This document shows positions 11,100 through 22,535 of a stretch of 64,000 bases of DNA, one piece after another. Positions within the stretch are counted from its first letter, which is position 1. Each line of letters starts with the position of its first letter. Source of the stretch: Octopus sinensis (taxonomy: Eukaryota); the NCBI RefSeq assembly GCF_006345805.1, contig NC_043001.1:25730001-25794000 (forward strand). The letters are read 5' to 3'. The position numbers and the translations under genes were made by a program. The notes under the pieces are model-generated. The model worked only from the letters and a program-made list of their open reading frames with translations. It was not told the DNA's origin and searched no databases.

Positions 11100-14000
11100 G
11101 TGAGTAATGACTTATATTTAAGTAAGCTGATGAATAAAGTCCTTTGAGCTTGCCTTTTCTTGTATGTTTTGTTACGACCTGCTGGCTATAACCTGAATTC
11201 ACAGAATCAACGTGGATAGGGTGAATGTAAAACAACACCACACCATGAATTTTTTATAAATTCATACAAATATATACACAAACAAACAGCAAATGCTACA
11301 CCAGATGTGCAGTCAAAAGTTACGAGGGTAACATATATACACAGTTCAGAAGTTCGGACTCCATATCCCGGGTTTTGGTTTTCCCAAAATTGGCCTCTCA
11401 CAAATTTGGTTTTTCAAAAATAGCATTCCAAAAATTTTGGATTTCATAAAATCCGGATTTCTATTTTTGTACAAATTCGGTTTTTGAACCTCGGATTTCG
11501 ACAGTGGATTTCAAACCTTCATAAAATTTGTCTGTCAATTCAGTGTTCAACCATGGGTTTCGAACCTTGGAATGTCATAAAATCTGTGTTTCAATTTGTT
11601 GTTCAACTTTGGGTTTTGAACCTTGGATGTTGAACCTCGGACCCAAACATAATTAAATCTAATGTCAAAGCGACCATTTAAACTAAAAATTCATGACACG
11701 AAACGGCTGCCAGACTATATCAGTAATTATAGTTAAAAAATTAAAAAGTCAAACAAAAGTTAGTTTGCTTTAAGTTCATGCAAAATTGCTTCATACAAAC
11801 ATGCTGAGTAACCATTAGACAAAATTTACAGTTAGTTGTCTAATAAAAAAATTTAGCTACATGAAAAAAATTAAATTCATACACTCTTTATACAAATTTT
11901 AACATTTATCTTAACAGAAAATAGCTAGCAAAATTACTATACAACCTGCCATAAATGCAGGGTTCAAAATTCACATAAATATTATAACATAACATAACTT
12001 GAGAGATTTTTCTTTTGTCCTCACCCAGATGTGACACAGAAATTATCTTAAATTTGACAAAAGTTTTGGTGAATTCCTGGAGCATAAAATAAATCTATAA
12101 ATGCCTAACACAAAGCACAAAGTGCATAAACTAAACAGGCAATCATAGCTTCCAGAATCCAATTGAACAAAACTCTCACGAAAACTGGGGAGTAAAATTA
12201 TCTCTGTTTATAAAGTTTGCCAGGGTGTAGCCAATTTGTCATAGTTTCAGTTTTGGCTAATAACTGTAGCGTCCCCCATTTTAACAATGGACTTCACCCT
12301 TACAGAGCAGCATGAAAACTGTTTTCCTGTTTACTTCGCATAATAATTTATAATTTCCTATCAGTTTATATATCGGTTGTCTTTTTCCAGTTAAAATCCC
12401 AAATCCGCTCACAAACGAGTCGCCTTCTGGAAGCCTTGCAAAATCGAGAGGTGCAACTCATTAATCAGGTGGATATGATCAAAAGTTCAAAAGAAGAAGT
12501 ATTACAAAAGAAGTTAGCTGCTCTTAATTGTAAGCTTGACAAGTTGCAACATACAGTTAAATGTTCTGATGAAGAAAACTATGTTTTGGAGGATAACTTT
12601 GAAAGGTGAGTTAATGGTTTTTGAATACAATATAATGTTTATGAAAAAAAAAAATCACCAGAAAACTTGACTTCATGCTTTCTATTTGCTAATTTTTTTT
12701 CTCTTTCTTTTGTGAAGCCACTTGGCACAGATTGACCTTGAACTCTGCTGTGCATGTTCACTAAGTTTTAACATTCTAGCTCACTTCTCTTGTTTACAGC
12801 AGTGTTTGGAATGAACGTGTGTAGTGTATGATCGTCACACTGACTATGACAGAGAAAGTTGAGCAGAGAATCTGCATCAAATTTCACCAAAAGCTTGGTG
12901 ATGCCTGTTCTGAGGCCTATGCAAAGTTGGAGAAAGTGTATGGAGAAGAGTGTATGAGTCGTACACAAGTGTACAAGTGGTTCAGACATTTCCGAGATGG
13001 CCGAAAATATGTTGATAGTTACAAACGTTCTGGGAGACCTGCAACTAGCAGAACCGAGAAAAACTTTGCAGATGTGCATACAGCTGTGAGGGGAAATTGT
13101 AGAATCACCATCTGTGAATTATTAGATGATGTACAGATTAGTTACAGTTCAGTCCATTATCACTGAAAATTTGGGTATGAGATGCGTGCCTGCCAAGTTT
13201 GTGCCAAAACTGCTTTCAGCTGACCAAGAAGACACTTGGGTTTCAGTTGAACAAGATCTCATTGATTGTGTTGAAAATGATGAAAACATTTTGAAAACGG
13301 TCATAACGGGTGATGAATCGTGGGTCTATGGCTATGATCCCCAAATAAAGGCTCAGTCTTCGCAGTGGAAGACTCCAACCTCTCTGAAACTGAAGAGGGG
13401 ATTGTATATCATGAATATGCTTTACTTGGTCAGACAATAAACAAGGAGTACTACCGTGACGTTTTGTGGTGTTTGCCTGGATACTATTTGCCGGAAAAGG
13501 CTACAATTACATGTGTCCGGTGAGCGGCAGTTGCACCATGACAACACACTGTATTTGCTTCAAGATTCACTGTTCCTAAAAATGATGTTTTATGATTTAA
13601 CAAAATTCGTCTAAAACTGGTATAGGTCTTAGATAAAAATGAGATATTTATCCCCACCACCTTAAACATCGATGTTCTTTTAGAACAAACTTTACTGTGA
13701 TAGTTGCTATGATTTTGACCTTGTTTGGTCTTGTCAGTGATGAACAAATCACAAATCACGAACTCACAAGACAAGATTGACAATGTCATTGATCATTGAC
13801 AAAAACACATTCGAGCGAGGTCGTTGCCAGTGCCACTCGACTGACTCCTGTGCAGGTGGCCTGTAAAAAACACCATTTTCGAGTGTGGCTGTTGCCAGTA
13901 CCGCCTGATTGGCCCTCGTGCCGGTGGCACATTAAAAGCACTCACTACACTCTCGGAGTGGTTCGCATTAGGAAGGGCATCCAGCTATAGAAACTCTGCC

Positions 14001-17000
14001 AGATCAGATTGGAGCTTGGCGCAGCCATCTGGTTCGCCAGTCCTCAGTCAAATCATCCAACCCATGCTAGCATGGAAAGCGGACGTTAAACGATGTCAAT
14101 GATGAGGATGTTGAATCACGTGATTTGGTGGTCTCAATGCTGGATGTGGTGGAGATTTAATCTCCCTGCTAGCGATATAACCAAGAGTGCATTTTTACAT
14201 GAAAAGGCCAATATGAAAGTTACTCTCACAGCAACTACCACAGTGAAGTTTGTTCAATAGAACAGTCATGTTTACGTGGGGATAAATATTACCTCTCTGT
14301 ATTAATACTGTCTCTGTCACTAATATGTATTGGATGTTGCATAGATTCCTGCTCATTTTAAACTTCTGTTGCAGCCTCTGTCTTCGTGATATGGTCCCCG
14401 AGGAACCTATGCACATGACATTTAAACCAACACCAATCGGCTTGAAAGATGTTGTGATGAATTTTGGTAAAATCACTTCAAATGGAGTTTCTCTCTCAAC
14501 ATTTGCTGAGTCAGACACTTCACCAACCAGTTTATCAAAACAATCTGAAGATTATAGAAATGTATCACACAAGGCAGTTGAACAGACAAAGCAGGCTTCA
14601 AACTCTGTGAAATCGGTAAGTTAATTCTTAAGAAATTATTTTAGTCTATTAGATCATCATGACAAGAATCATCATCACTATCATCATTTTATATCTGTTT
14701 TCCATGCTGCCAAGGTTGACTTTGCCTTTCATCCTTTCGGGGTTGATAAAATAAGTACCAGCTGAACACTGGGGTTGAGATAACCGATTTGCCCTTTTCC
14801 CTCCCAAAATTACTGGCCTTGTACCAAAAATTTGAAACCATTATTGTTATTATTATTGTTTTTGTTTTATAAAACTAATGTCAAGCTTTTTCTTTGTAAA
14901 TATTCCTCAGCTTGTAACCAGTGAATGGCTGGCCAAACCACGAAAGAAACCTTCTTTGAGCAAGATCAGCACACCAATTAATTCTAAAGTTATCTTTGCA
15001 CCATTCAAGACATGTAGAACAGCTGACTGGTTGGCTAGCCCCAAATCCCTATCTCCTTCACAAAACAGCAGTTCTGTTTGTCTTGCTGAATTACCTAAAA
15101 ATGCAAGTATTCAGAACTGGCTTCATCAAATAAAACAAAATCATGACTTTGAAGACGATGGCTTTGAAATTTTGGACACAGAAGAACTCAACAGTGGTAG
15201 GCATCATTTGTTTAATTAGAATTTTAAAGTTTACTTGCAGTTTTTCATTCTATTGCAGTCAATTAAATTTTATTTTTCAAATTTGTGTAAGATAGACAGT
15301 GGAGTAAGCATAGTACATTCGCTTGCTTGCTTGAGACAGCATTCACCCGGGGTGGGTTGAGCTGGCTTCATTCATCTTCAGTGCTGCATCTCTCACAAAC
15401 GCTGACCACGCCTGGCAATTTGAGGCTAATGATCGCGTGATCTCCAACCACTCCCTATTCCAGTGGCGAACGCCGTAGATATGGGGGCCTAGGTTGGGTT
15501 CCAGATCAGCCTTGACTGTCATCAACCAGGTTTTTTTGTTGTCCACCACATCACTTTCACCAACCCTGAAGGAGAGCTGGGGCAATTGCTTTGTAGATGT
15601 TAAATGTACTACATACATGAAGAATCCTTCAACCATTCCTCATGTACGTAGTACAATTAACTTTTGTTGACTCACTGAGACTGGTGAGAGTGAAGTTTTC
15701 AGAAGAATTGTGCCAACTGTTTAGTGTGTGCATCAATCAAATGACCCTCTTTCGGATGCAGTCTAGGATATTTGTGTGTGTGTGTGCATAGAGAGAGTGA
15801 GAGAGAGCTTTGTAGATGATTGAACAGGTTTGTATTATTTTCTGGCTTTAAAGAGAAATCAATGTCTTTACAATGCAGTTCTAGCAATGTTATATATGCA
15901 GGGTCTCATGAGAGATCATCTGAGCAATTGTTGCAACTTTGGAGGTTTTGGGATGTTAGAATTACAGATGCCAATATAGTAATGTACCAGCCCCAGCATT
16001 TGATCTTTGGAAGAGGAGAGGTTGGTAATAAGCCAACATCTTCAATTTGGTTCTTCTCCTCACCTATGGCCATGAATGTTGAATAATGACCAAAAGAGTA
16101 GGATTGCAAATTCAGGTGACTGAAATTAAGTTCCTCCAGAGGATCTTTGGAGTAACATTACTTGACAAGGTGTGTAGCTTGGAGATCAGGGTGTCTTTCC
16201 AGGGTGACCTACTACTTGTTTAGTTTAAAAACCCTTATTTCTTTTGGTGGGAATTCCAACCATGTTTTGTGGTTCGCCACCTCAACAACTCCTTTATAGG
16301 TTCCAGTGGCTAAGGACATCATCATCAGGAAGAACCATGTCTGGTTTCGGCCCCTACTCCTCTACCGTTTTTGACGTGGTGGGGTCCCCCTTTCAGAGGT
16401 GTCTTCAGCTCTGGTGTTGAGTGCGTTTTTTTCCCGTTTTCTTTGGTTGCTTTGATGCAGTGTCAATGAATGTCAGCAGGTGAATGACCACCCTAGCAAA
16501 TTTTGTCCTTTAAATACTCACTGGTAGGTTCCAGCAGTCAGCGCCAGCTAACTGTCATGTGACACAGTGCTGAAATTTCAGGACAATTTTTTTAACACAT
16601 GTATGTGACAGGTTTCTTATAATTTCTGTTCACCAATTTCACTCATGACACGGTATCAACTAGTGAACTCATATAAATAATCTTGCAAGCCAAATCCAAA
16701 AACGAAATTTAAAGATAGTTTTCTTTATTATTAAAGTTATCAGTGTATTAAACATGTTGAGATTGAAATATAATTTCAAGCTCAGTGAAATAGCTAAAAG
16801 GATAGATATCCAGTTTAATGAATTAGGTATTGAAACTTAGGTACAAATTATTCATTACTCTCTAAAACAATTGTCTGATTTTCTTTTAGATGAAGATACT
16901 GATTCTATTGAGATTGTTTCAAGTAGCCCTGCATCTGTAAACAGTGAAATATTGAAGAATGCTATTGGATGCAAAAGAACCCCTGATATAGATAACAGTG

Positions 17001-18206
17001 TTTGGTTGGCTGCTAAACGAAAGCCTATGCCTCTTGGAAGGTCATCCAAAACTTTGCCAACATTTTCTTACTTTAAGAAAATTGCAGCCCAAGATCCAAG
17101 TGTCTGGCTTGTTAAGGTAAGTTTCCTCATATATGCTAATATTTTCCTATAATGATTTTCATGACATTGTCCTTTTTTTTCGGTACTAGCATGGATGGAG
17201 AGGTCATTTTAAGAATCTTTTCATGTATCTAGATCTTTCTTATATCTTGATCATCTCATATGTGATTTCAATCTTTTTATATCTACTTGTGCAGTTGTCT
17301 CTACTATACATAGCTGTCAATGTTTTGTAACACTTTTACTTAATATAGAAAATTGTTTCTCAAGCTCTTCTCAATTGTTGTAGCTGTCATGTATTTTCTG
17401 TCCATATTTCAAAGCCATACAGCATCATAATCATAAAGCAAGATTCATTGTTTACTCCTCAAAAAGAAAAATTTTAGTTTCAAATAGATGTAGTAATTCT
17501 TAAGAATTTTATCGACTGTTACTGACATACAGTTTAATATAATTGCATGTACTAAATGTTTAGCCAAAACATGACATTTCTTTATATATCTTTTCTTTTT
17601 TTTTTTTTTCAGAAAAGGTCTTTGAGTAGTAGTAATGTGTCTACAAAACCAGTTACTTGCAGTGACCATGGACTCGCTAAAAATTGTGATATTGAAAACC
17701 TTGGTGATTCTTCTTGTGTTGAGAATCTAACAAAGAAGTTCAGAGAACTTTCACAAATTTCTAAATGTCCTGATCCTAAACTTAGTACATTAGGCTTAAG
17801 CTCTGATCAGTTACCACCAGTAAGCTCAGTGTGCAAAGCTAATGAAGTTTGTGAGAAATACAGCGAGTGTGTTGTTCAACCGAATTGTGGTGAAAGAAAT
17901 TGGTTTGCAAAAGCGTTTGATGCTACTAATAATACGGAAGCCGTTAATCACATCAGCCAAACTCCTGTCTTCAAAGCAGATCCCAAGTTAGATCAATTTG
18001 CTTGTAAGAAAGACCCTTTTCAGCCATTCCAGGCAACGTTTGATTATTCATTCTGGTTAAAGAAAGGGAAAGACAAGGAAAATATACCCCAAAGATGTTC
18101 TAATTTGAAACGAGACAGTAACAGTTTTTCCAGTCTGTATGATTGGTTAAGTCCAGAGAGTAAAAAAAACATCCAGGTCTTAAATGAAAATAAATTTAAA
18201 TTCTAG
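10995..18206 (+). CDS. NCOA4: Nuclear receptor coactivator 4 (ARA70 family, ferritinophagy receptor), 6 coding exons, 555 aa
   Basis: Exons 10995-11099, 12391-12605, 14375-14615, 14911-15196, 16890-17116, 17613-18206. All junctions are GT-AG and in phase; total 1668 nt. LKSQIRSQTSRLLEALQNREVQLINQVD resembles human VKAQIHSCISRHLECLRSREVWLYEQVD. NCDIENLG and CKANEVCEKYSEC match the C-terminal NCOA4 blocks (comparison from memory). An in-frame TAA directly precedes the ATG. Confidence 0.9.
12391..12605 (+). CDS. NCOA4: NCOA4 coding exon 2 (ARA70 coiled-coil domain)
   Basis: tttttccag acceptor, LKSQIRSQ...EDNFE, GTGAGT donor. Confidence 0.9.
12790..13551 (+). mobile_element. Mariner transposase pseudogene, 5' part, in NCOA4 intron 2
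   Basis: EQRICIKF, SRTQVYKWFRHF...RSGRP, ITGDESWVYGYDP and HHDN motifs, with frameshifts. Confidence 0.9.
13810..14105 (+). mobile_element. RTE 3' UTR copy
   Basis: Same 3' UTR family. Confidence 0.8.
14375..14615 (+). CDS. NCOA4: NCOA4 coding exon 3
   Basis: ttgcag acceptor, LCLRDMVPEEP...VMNFGKI..., GTAAGT donor. Confidence 0.9.
14911..15196 (+). CDS. NCOA4: NCOA4 coding exon 4
   Basis: cctcag acceptor, LVTSEWLAKP...EELNS, GTAGGC donor, phase 1. Confidence 0.85.
15320..15640 (-). mobile_element. 3' end of a non-LTR retrotransposon (RTE-like)
   Basis: KKTWLMTVKADLE...WSAFVRDA, then a (CAAG)n tail. Confidence 0.6.
16890..17116 (+). CDS. NCOA4: NCOA4 coding exon 5
   Basis: tttttag-type acceptor, DEDTDSIEIV...DPSVWLVK, GTAAGT donor. 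Confidence 0.85.
17613..18206 (+). CDS. NCOA4: NCOA4 terminal coding exon
   Basis: Long poly-T acceptor, KRSLSS...NKFKF then TAG; AATAAA near 18266. Confidence 0.9.
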   Translation, partial: KRSLSSSNVSTKPVTCSDHGLAKNCDIENLGDSSCVENLTKKFRELSQISKCPDPKLSTLGLSSDQLPPVSSVCKANEVCEKYSECVVQPNCGERNWFAKAFDATNNTEAVNHISQTPVFKADPKLDQFACKKDPFQPFQATFDYSFWLKKGKDKENIPQRCSNLKRDSNSFSSLYDWLSPESKKNIQVLNENKFKF

Positions 18207-20124
18207 CATATTAATAACTTGAGCAAGTTTGCTAATCTCTAGTAGGATTAGGAATTAAAAACAAAAATAAAATTATATAAACTAAGATATTATATTCATT
18301 AATTAGAAAGTTTGATTAATCACTATATTAAGTAGGACACATTTTTCTGTTGATAATATAGGATTTGTTTTTGTTAATCTTGTGTTTGTGTACAAATGTA
18401 TTGGCATAAATACCTTCCAGTTGCAATGGTTTGTGTGTGTCTCTGTTACATAGATCTGAATATATGTATATGTGTGTGCTGTTTGTACATGTGAATGTGT
18501 GTACAATTGTATGTCACTTGTAGGTTGGTTTTATATTGCCTTTTATGAAGATATTTTTAATTTCTGTTTGGTGCTCATTCGAGGTCTGTAATTAATAGAC
18601 TTAGTCTCTTTTTCCAAGAATATAAAACCAGCTTAACTTTGTTCTTCCTAGTCTGTTGCTTCTATAAATGATTAGAATAAAACTGAACATGTATTTGGAT
18701 CTGATTTCTAACATGTGTCTCGTAGATGCTTTGTTTCTCTTATAATAACTTTTACAACGGTGATATTGAACAAGTAGCAGACCATATTCTTATTTTGTGG
18801 TTCTTGATTCAAAATTAGGTTAGTTATGCTGAGAATAATTTTAACTTTACTTTTAGTTTCCACCAATCTTTTTGAAACCTTTTAAACCTTGTTTATCTAC
18901 ATTGGAGATCAAAGTTTTATTTTATTGTACATAGGAAAGTATTGTCATGAGGAGTTTTTTACAATTTGCTGATATAGTTGATTTTCTTGACCATATTTTG
19001 CATAACTCATTTTTATTGATTTGCACATATCCCTAGAACTTGTCCAACAAGTTTTTTATTGCACTTAGGACATATTTCTTCGCTTAGGCAAAGAGTGCTA
19101 ACAACTGATAATATAGGTGTAGTCTTTATAATGGTGCTTTATTTTGTTCTATTTAAAAGAACAAATGATTTAAGCTCTTTGGACCTATCACCTGGATAGC
19201 AATGGATAATATTGGGAGATAATTGCTATGGTCAAAATTCTTTGTGACAATAAGGACATTTCTTGTGGAATATATACAATAGTGAATAGTTTTTTAAGGT
19301 AGTTAGAAATGTTGAAATTTTATCAAAAATATTTTAGATCACTTAAATAATACAATTACAATGAATATAGTAATAATGTAGATACATACATCACCCTTTC
19401 CATTATTACAAACTATTTTTCTAATCATAGCAGCAGAGTGGATACTTGTTAACTGGATCTGTTTTGATGAAGATCATTGCAAAATTTCCTTGAGTATTTT
19501 TCTGTGAATGATCATTAGAATTTCATTTATCTTAATGATTGATGACTGTCAGACAGCAATATACTTTCCAAAGAAACTAAGGGAGTATTTTACAGCCTGG
19601 TTTTTAGATCTGCTTGCTTTAATCATTTTTGTTTTATTGTCTTTGTTTGTCATTTTTGTGGTAGTTACCTGATTCATAATGGGAATTGAATCTCATTTGT
19701 TTATAAAGATATTGAAATCTCACCAAGTACATATGCTTCAATATCAATGAATTTCAGGTGGCTGTGGAATATATTGGTCACTTTACAATGTAATGGCACC
19801 ATTTATAGATAGCAATGGTGTACACCACCATTTCTATCTATAAATGTATTTGTATTTCTGTGTATTGTCTTCTAAAATGACATACAATAATAGTTCTGTT
19901 ATACATAGTTGAGTGTGTGTGTGTGTACATGAAGGATTATTGGCTCATAAATACTTTGTACTTTATTATATCTCACATTCTAAAATCAGTTTTATCTTGT
20001 GTATAAATGAAGTATTTTACTTTTATTATCTTTCTCAATAGTTTAAAATTAATCATAGGTTTATTTTTAAAAATATGTTTTCCTTTTAGAATGATTTTAC
20101 AAGCTATCAACGATAAGCATGTCA

Positions 20125-20210
20125 CAGAAAAGATATATATATATATATAATATGCATATATATATATATATTATATATATATATATGCATATATATATAT
20201 ATATATAATA

Positions 20211-20246
<36 letters not shown>

Positions 20247-20264
20247 GCATATATATATATAATA

Positions 20265-20300
<36 letters not shown>

Positions 20301-20500
20301 GCATATATATATATATTATATATATATATAATATGCATATATATATATATATATATAATATGCATATATATATATAATAATATGCATATATATATATGCA
20401 TATATATATATATATAATATGCATATATATATATATATATAATATGCATATATATATATATATATGCATATATATATATATATATATGTATATACACACA
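20125..20500. repeat. (TA)n-based minisatellite punctuated by AATATGCAT
   Basis: Direct reading; it produces the spurious Ile/Tyr ORFs. Confidence 0.95.
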
Positions 20501-20764
20501 TATACATACATATGCTTAAAATGTCATCTTCCATCTTGATGTATTGCATTTGTAACCAAGAAAATAAATATCTAGAAGAAAATATTGTCTTTATTTTGTA
20601 TATGTGAACTGATTAGTAATTTTTAGGTAAAAATACTAGACTGTTGACCAATTAATTGGTCATTAGTTCCAGTCTCGTTAACGGCAATCGTTTCCTTATT
20701 GTTGGATATATATGAACTTTACTAAGATTTCTGTTTGTTCTATGAAATAAGGCCTCTTATTTTC

Positions 20765-21085
20765 CATGCCAGTGGCATGTAGGAGGCACCATTCGAGCGG
20801 GATCGTTAGCAGCATCGCCTTACTGGCACCTGTGCCGTTGGCATGTGTAAAAAGATTCGAGCGAGGTCATTGCCAGTACCGACTGACTGGCTCCTGTGCC
20901 AATGGCACGTAAAAGCACCCACTACACTCTCGGAGTGGTTGGCATTAGGAAGGGCATCCAGCTGTTGAAACTCTACCAGATCAAGATTGGAGCCTGGTGC
21001 AGCCATCTGGTTCGCCAGCCCACAGTCAAACCGTCCAACCCATGCTAGCATGGAAAGCGGACATTAAACGATGATGATGATGAGT
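20765..21085 (+). mobile_element. RTE 3' UTR copy
   Basis: Same 3' UTR family. Confidence 0.8.
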
Positions 21086-22189
21086 GAAAATTTGATTGGC
21101 AGTAGCTTTCAGATTTGTACTTGTATCAAGATCCTCATTGCAAGATTTGCTGGTTTATCTAGATGAACCTAAATCTTCAATGGCTACTACTTATATCCAT
21201 CACAGGCCAGATCAAACTCAGTCTGTATTCTAGAACATCATCATTGGTTTAACATCTATCTTTCCATGCTTACTTTGGTTGAATTGAGTTTGAGGCAGAT
21301 TTTCTACAGCTGGATGCTCTTCCTGTTGCCAATCCTCACCTGTTTCCAAGCAAAGCAATATTTCCATAAGGCCAGATATGTTTATGCAGACTATTGATCA
21401 TGAATTACACTGCTTGTATGAGAGTGACACTCATATATACATACATGATGGGTTACTTTCGGTTTCCATCTACCACATCCACTCACAAGGCATTGGTTGG
21501 CCTGAGGCTATTGAAGAAGACACTTGCCCAAAGTACCATGCAGTAGAACTGAACCTGAAACCTTGTGGTTGGAAAGCAAATTTTAGCCATACAGCCACGT
21601 CTGGCTAAATCATTCACACTAGCTTCATAGTATAATCATGTTAATAATACAAAAACCAACAAGAAATACATGTCTCTGTACCTAATGCAAGCAGGTAATG
21701 TACTAGAATTTTACCAATATTGGATTGGTCTGATCCAAATTAATACCATCAAGCAATTAAATGTGTGCTTTCACATTGATCAGGTACATTTAGATTAAAT
21801 ATAACCATTGATTGCATTAAGAATGAGCAAATTATTAATTTTTGTCTAAAAATAAGATTAAGCCTCTGTCTCTAACTTTATCCTCCGTCTGGGCTTCTGA
21901 GCCAAAAATAGTTACACAGTTCAAGAATAATCTTTTCTATTCTGGGCACAAGGCCCAAAATTTTTGGGGAGGGGACCAGTCGATTATATCGATCCCAGTA
22001 CGCAATTGGTATTTAATTTATCAACCCCAAAAGGATGAAAGGCAAAGTCGACTTCAGTGGAATTGGAACTCAACGTAAAGACAGACAAAATACTGCTAAG
22101 CATTTTGCCCAGCATACTAACGTTTCCGCCAGCTTGCCACTTTACACAGCTCAAGAATAATGATTGCAGGCAAACTAATGGACAGAATC

Positions 22190-22535
22190 ACAAAAAAATC
22201 CAAGAGAGTTACACAAATGCTAGAACTGGGCGCCACTGCATAGTGCCAAGGACTCCAAATTTGCCATCAAGATGTAGGACAAGATACTGTGATAGCCTGG
22301 GCTTCAGAGGCCCACAGCTCTTCAATATCCTCCCGAAGAACCTGAGAGACCTGCATGGGGTGGATGCAGATGTCTTTAAAATAAAACTGGACCTCTTCCT
22401 GTCAGATGAACCAATTTCACGGCAGGAGGTGCAGATGAGGGAAGCTGCATCGAACTCTCTCATGCACCAAATGGCGGTGCCCCAGCATGGCCACAGCTCG
22501 TGAGCTGAAACTAGATAAAATAAAAATAAATAGAA
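22190..22535 (+). mobile_element. CR1-group LINE 3' fragment
   Basis: RGPQLFNILP...FKIKLDLFL...ASNSL; (AAAAT)n tail. Confidence 0.75.

Noticed and set aside
11128-11197. C/D snoRNA-like boxes (CTGATGA...CTGA) in NCOA4 intron 1
   Set aside because: Imperfect C box, no terminal stem and no recognisable rRNA guide
18550-19870. Possible degenerate Penelope-type RT on - (ENQLYQQI)
   Set aside because: Only one weak motif among many stops; needs tBLASTn or an HMM search to decide
20122-20549. Ile/Tyr-rich ORFs
   Set aside because: Translations of the (TA)n satellite
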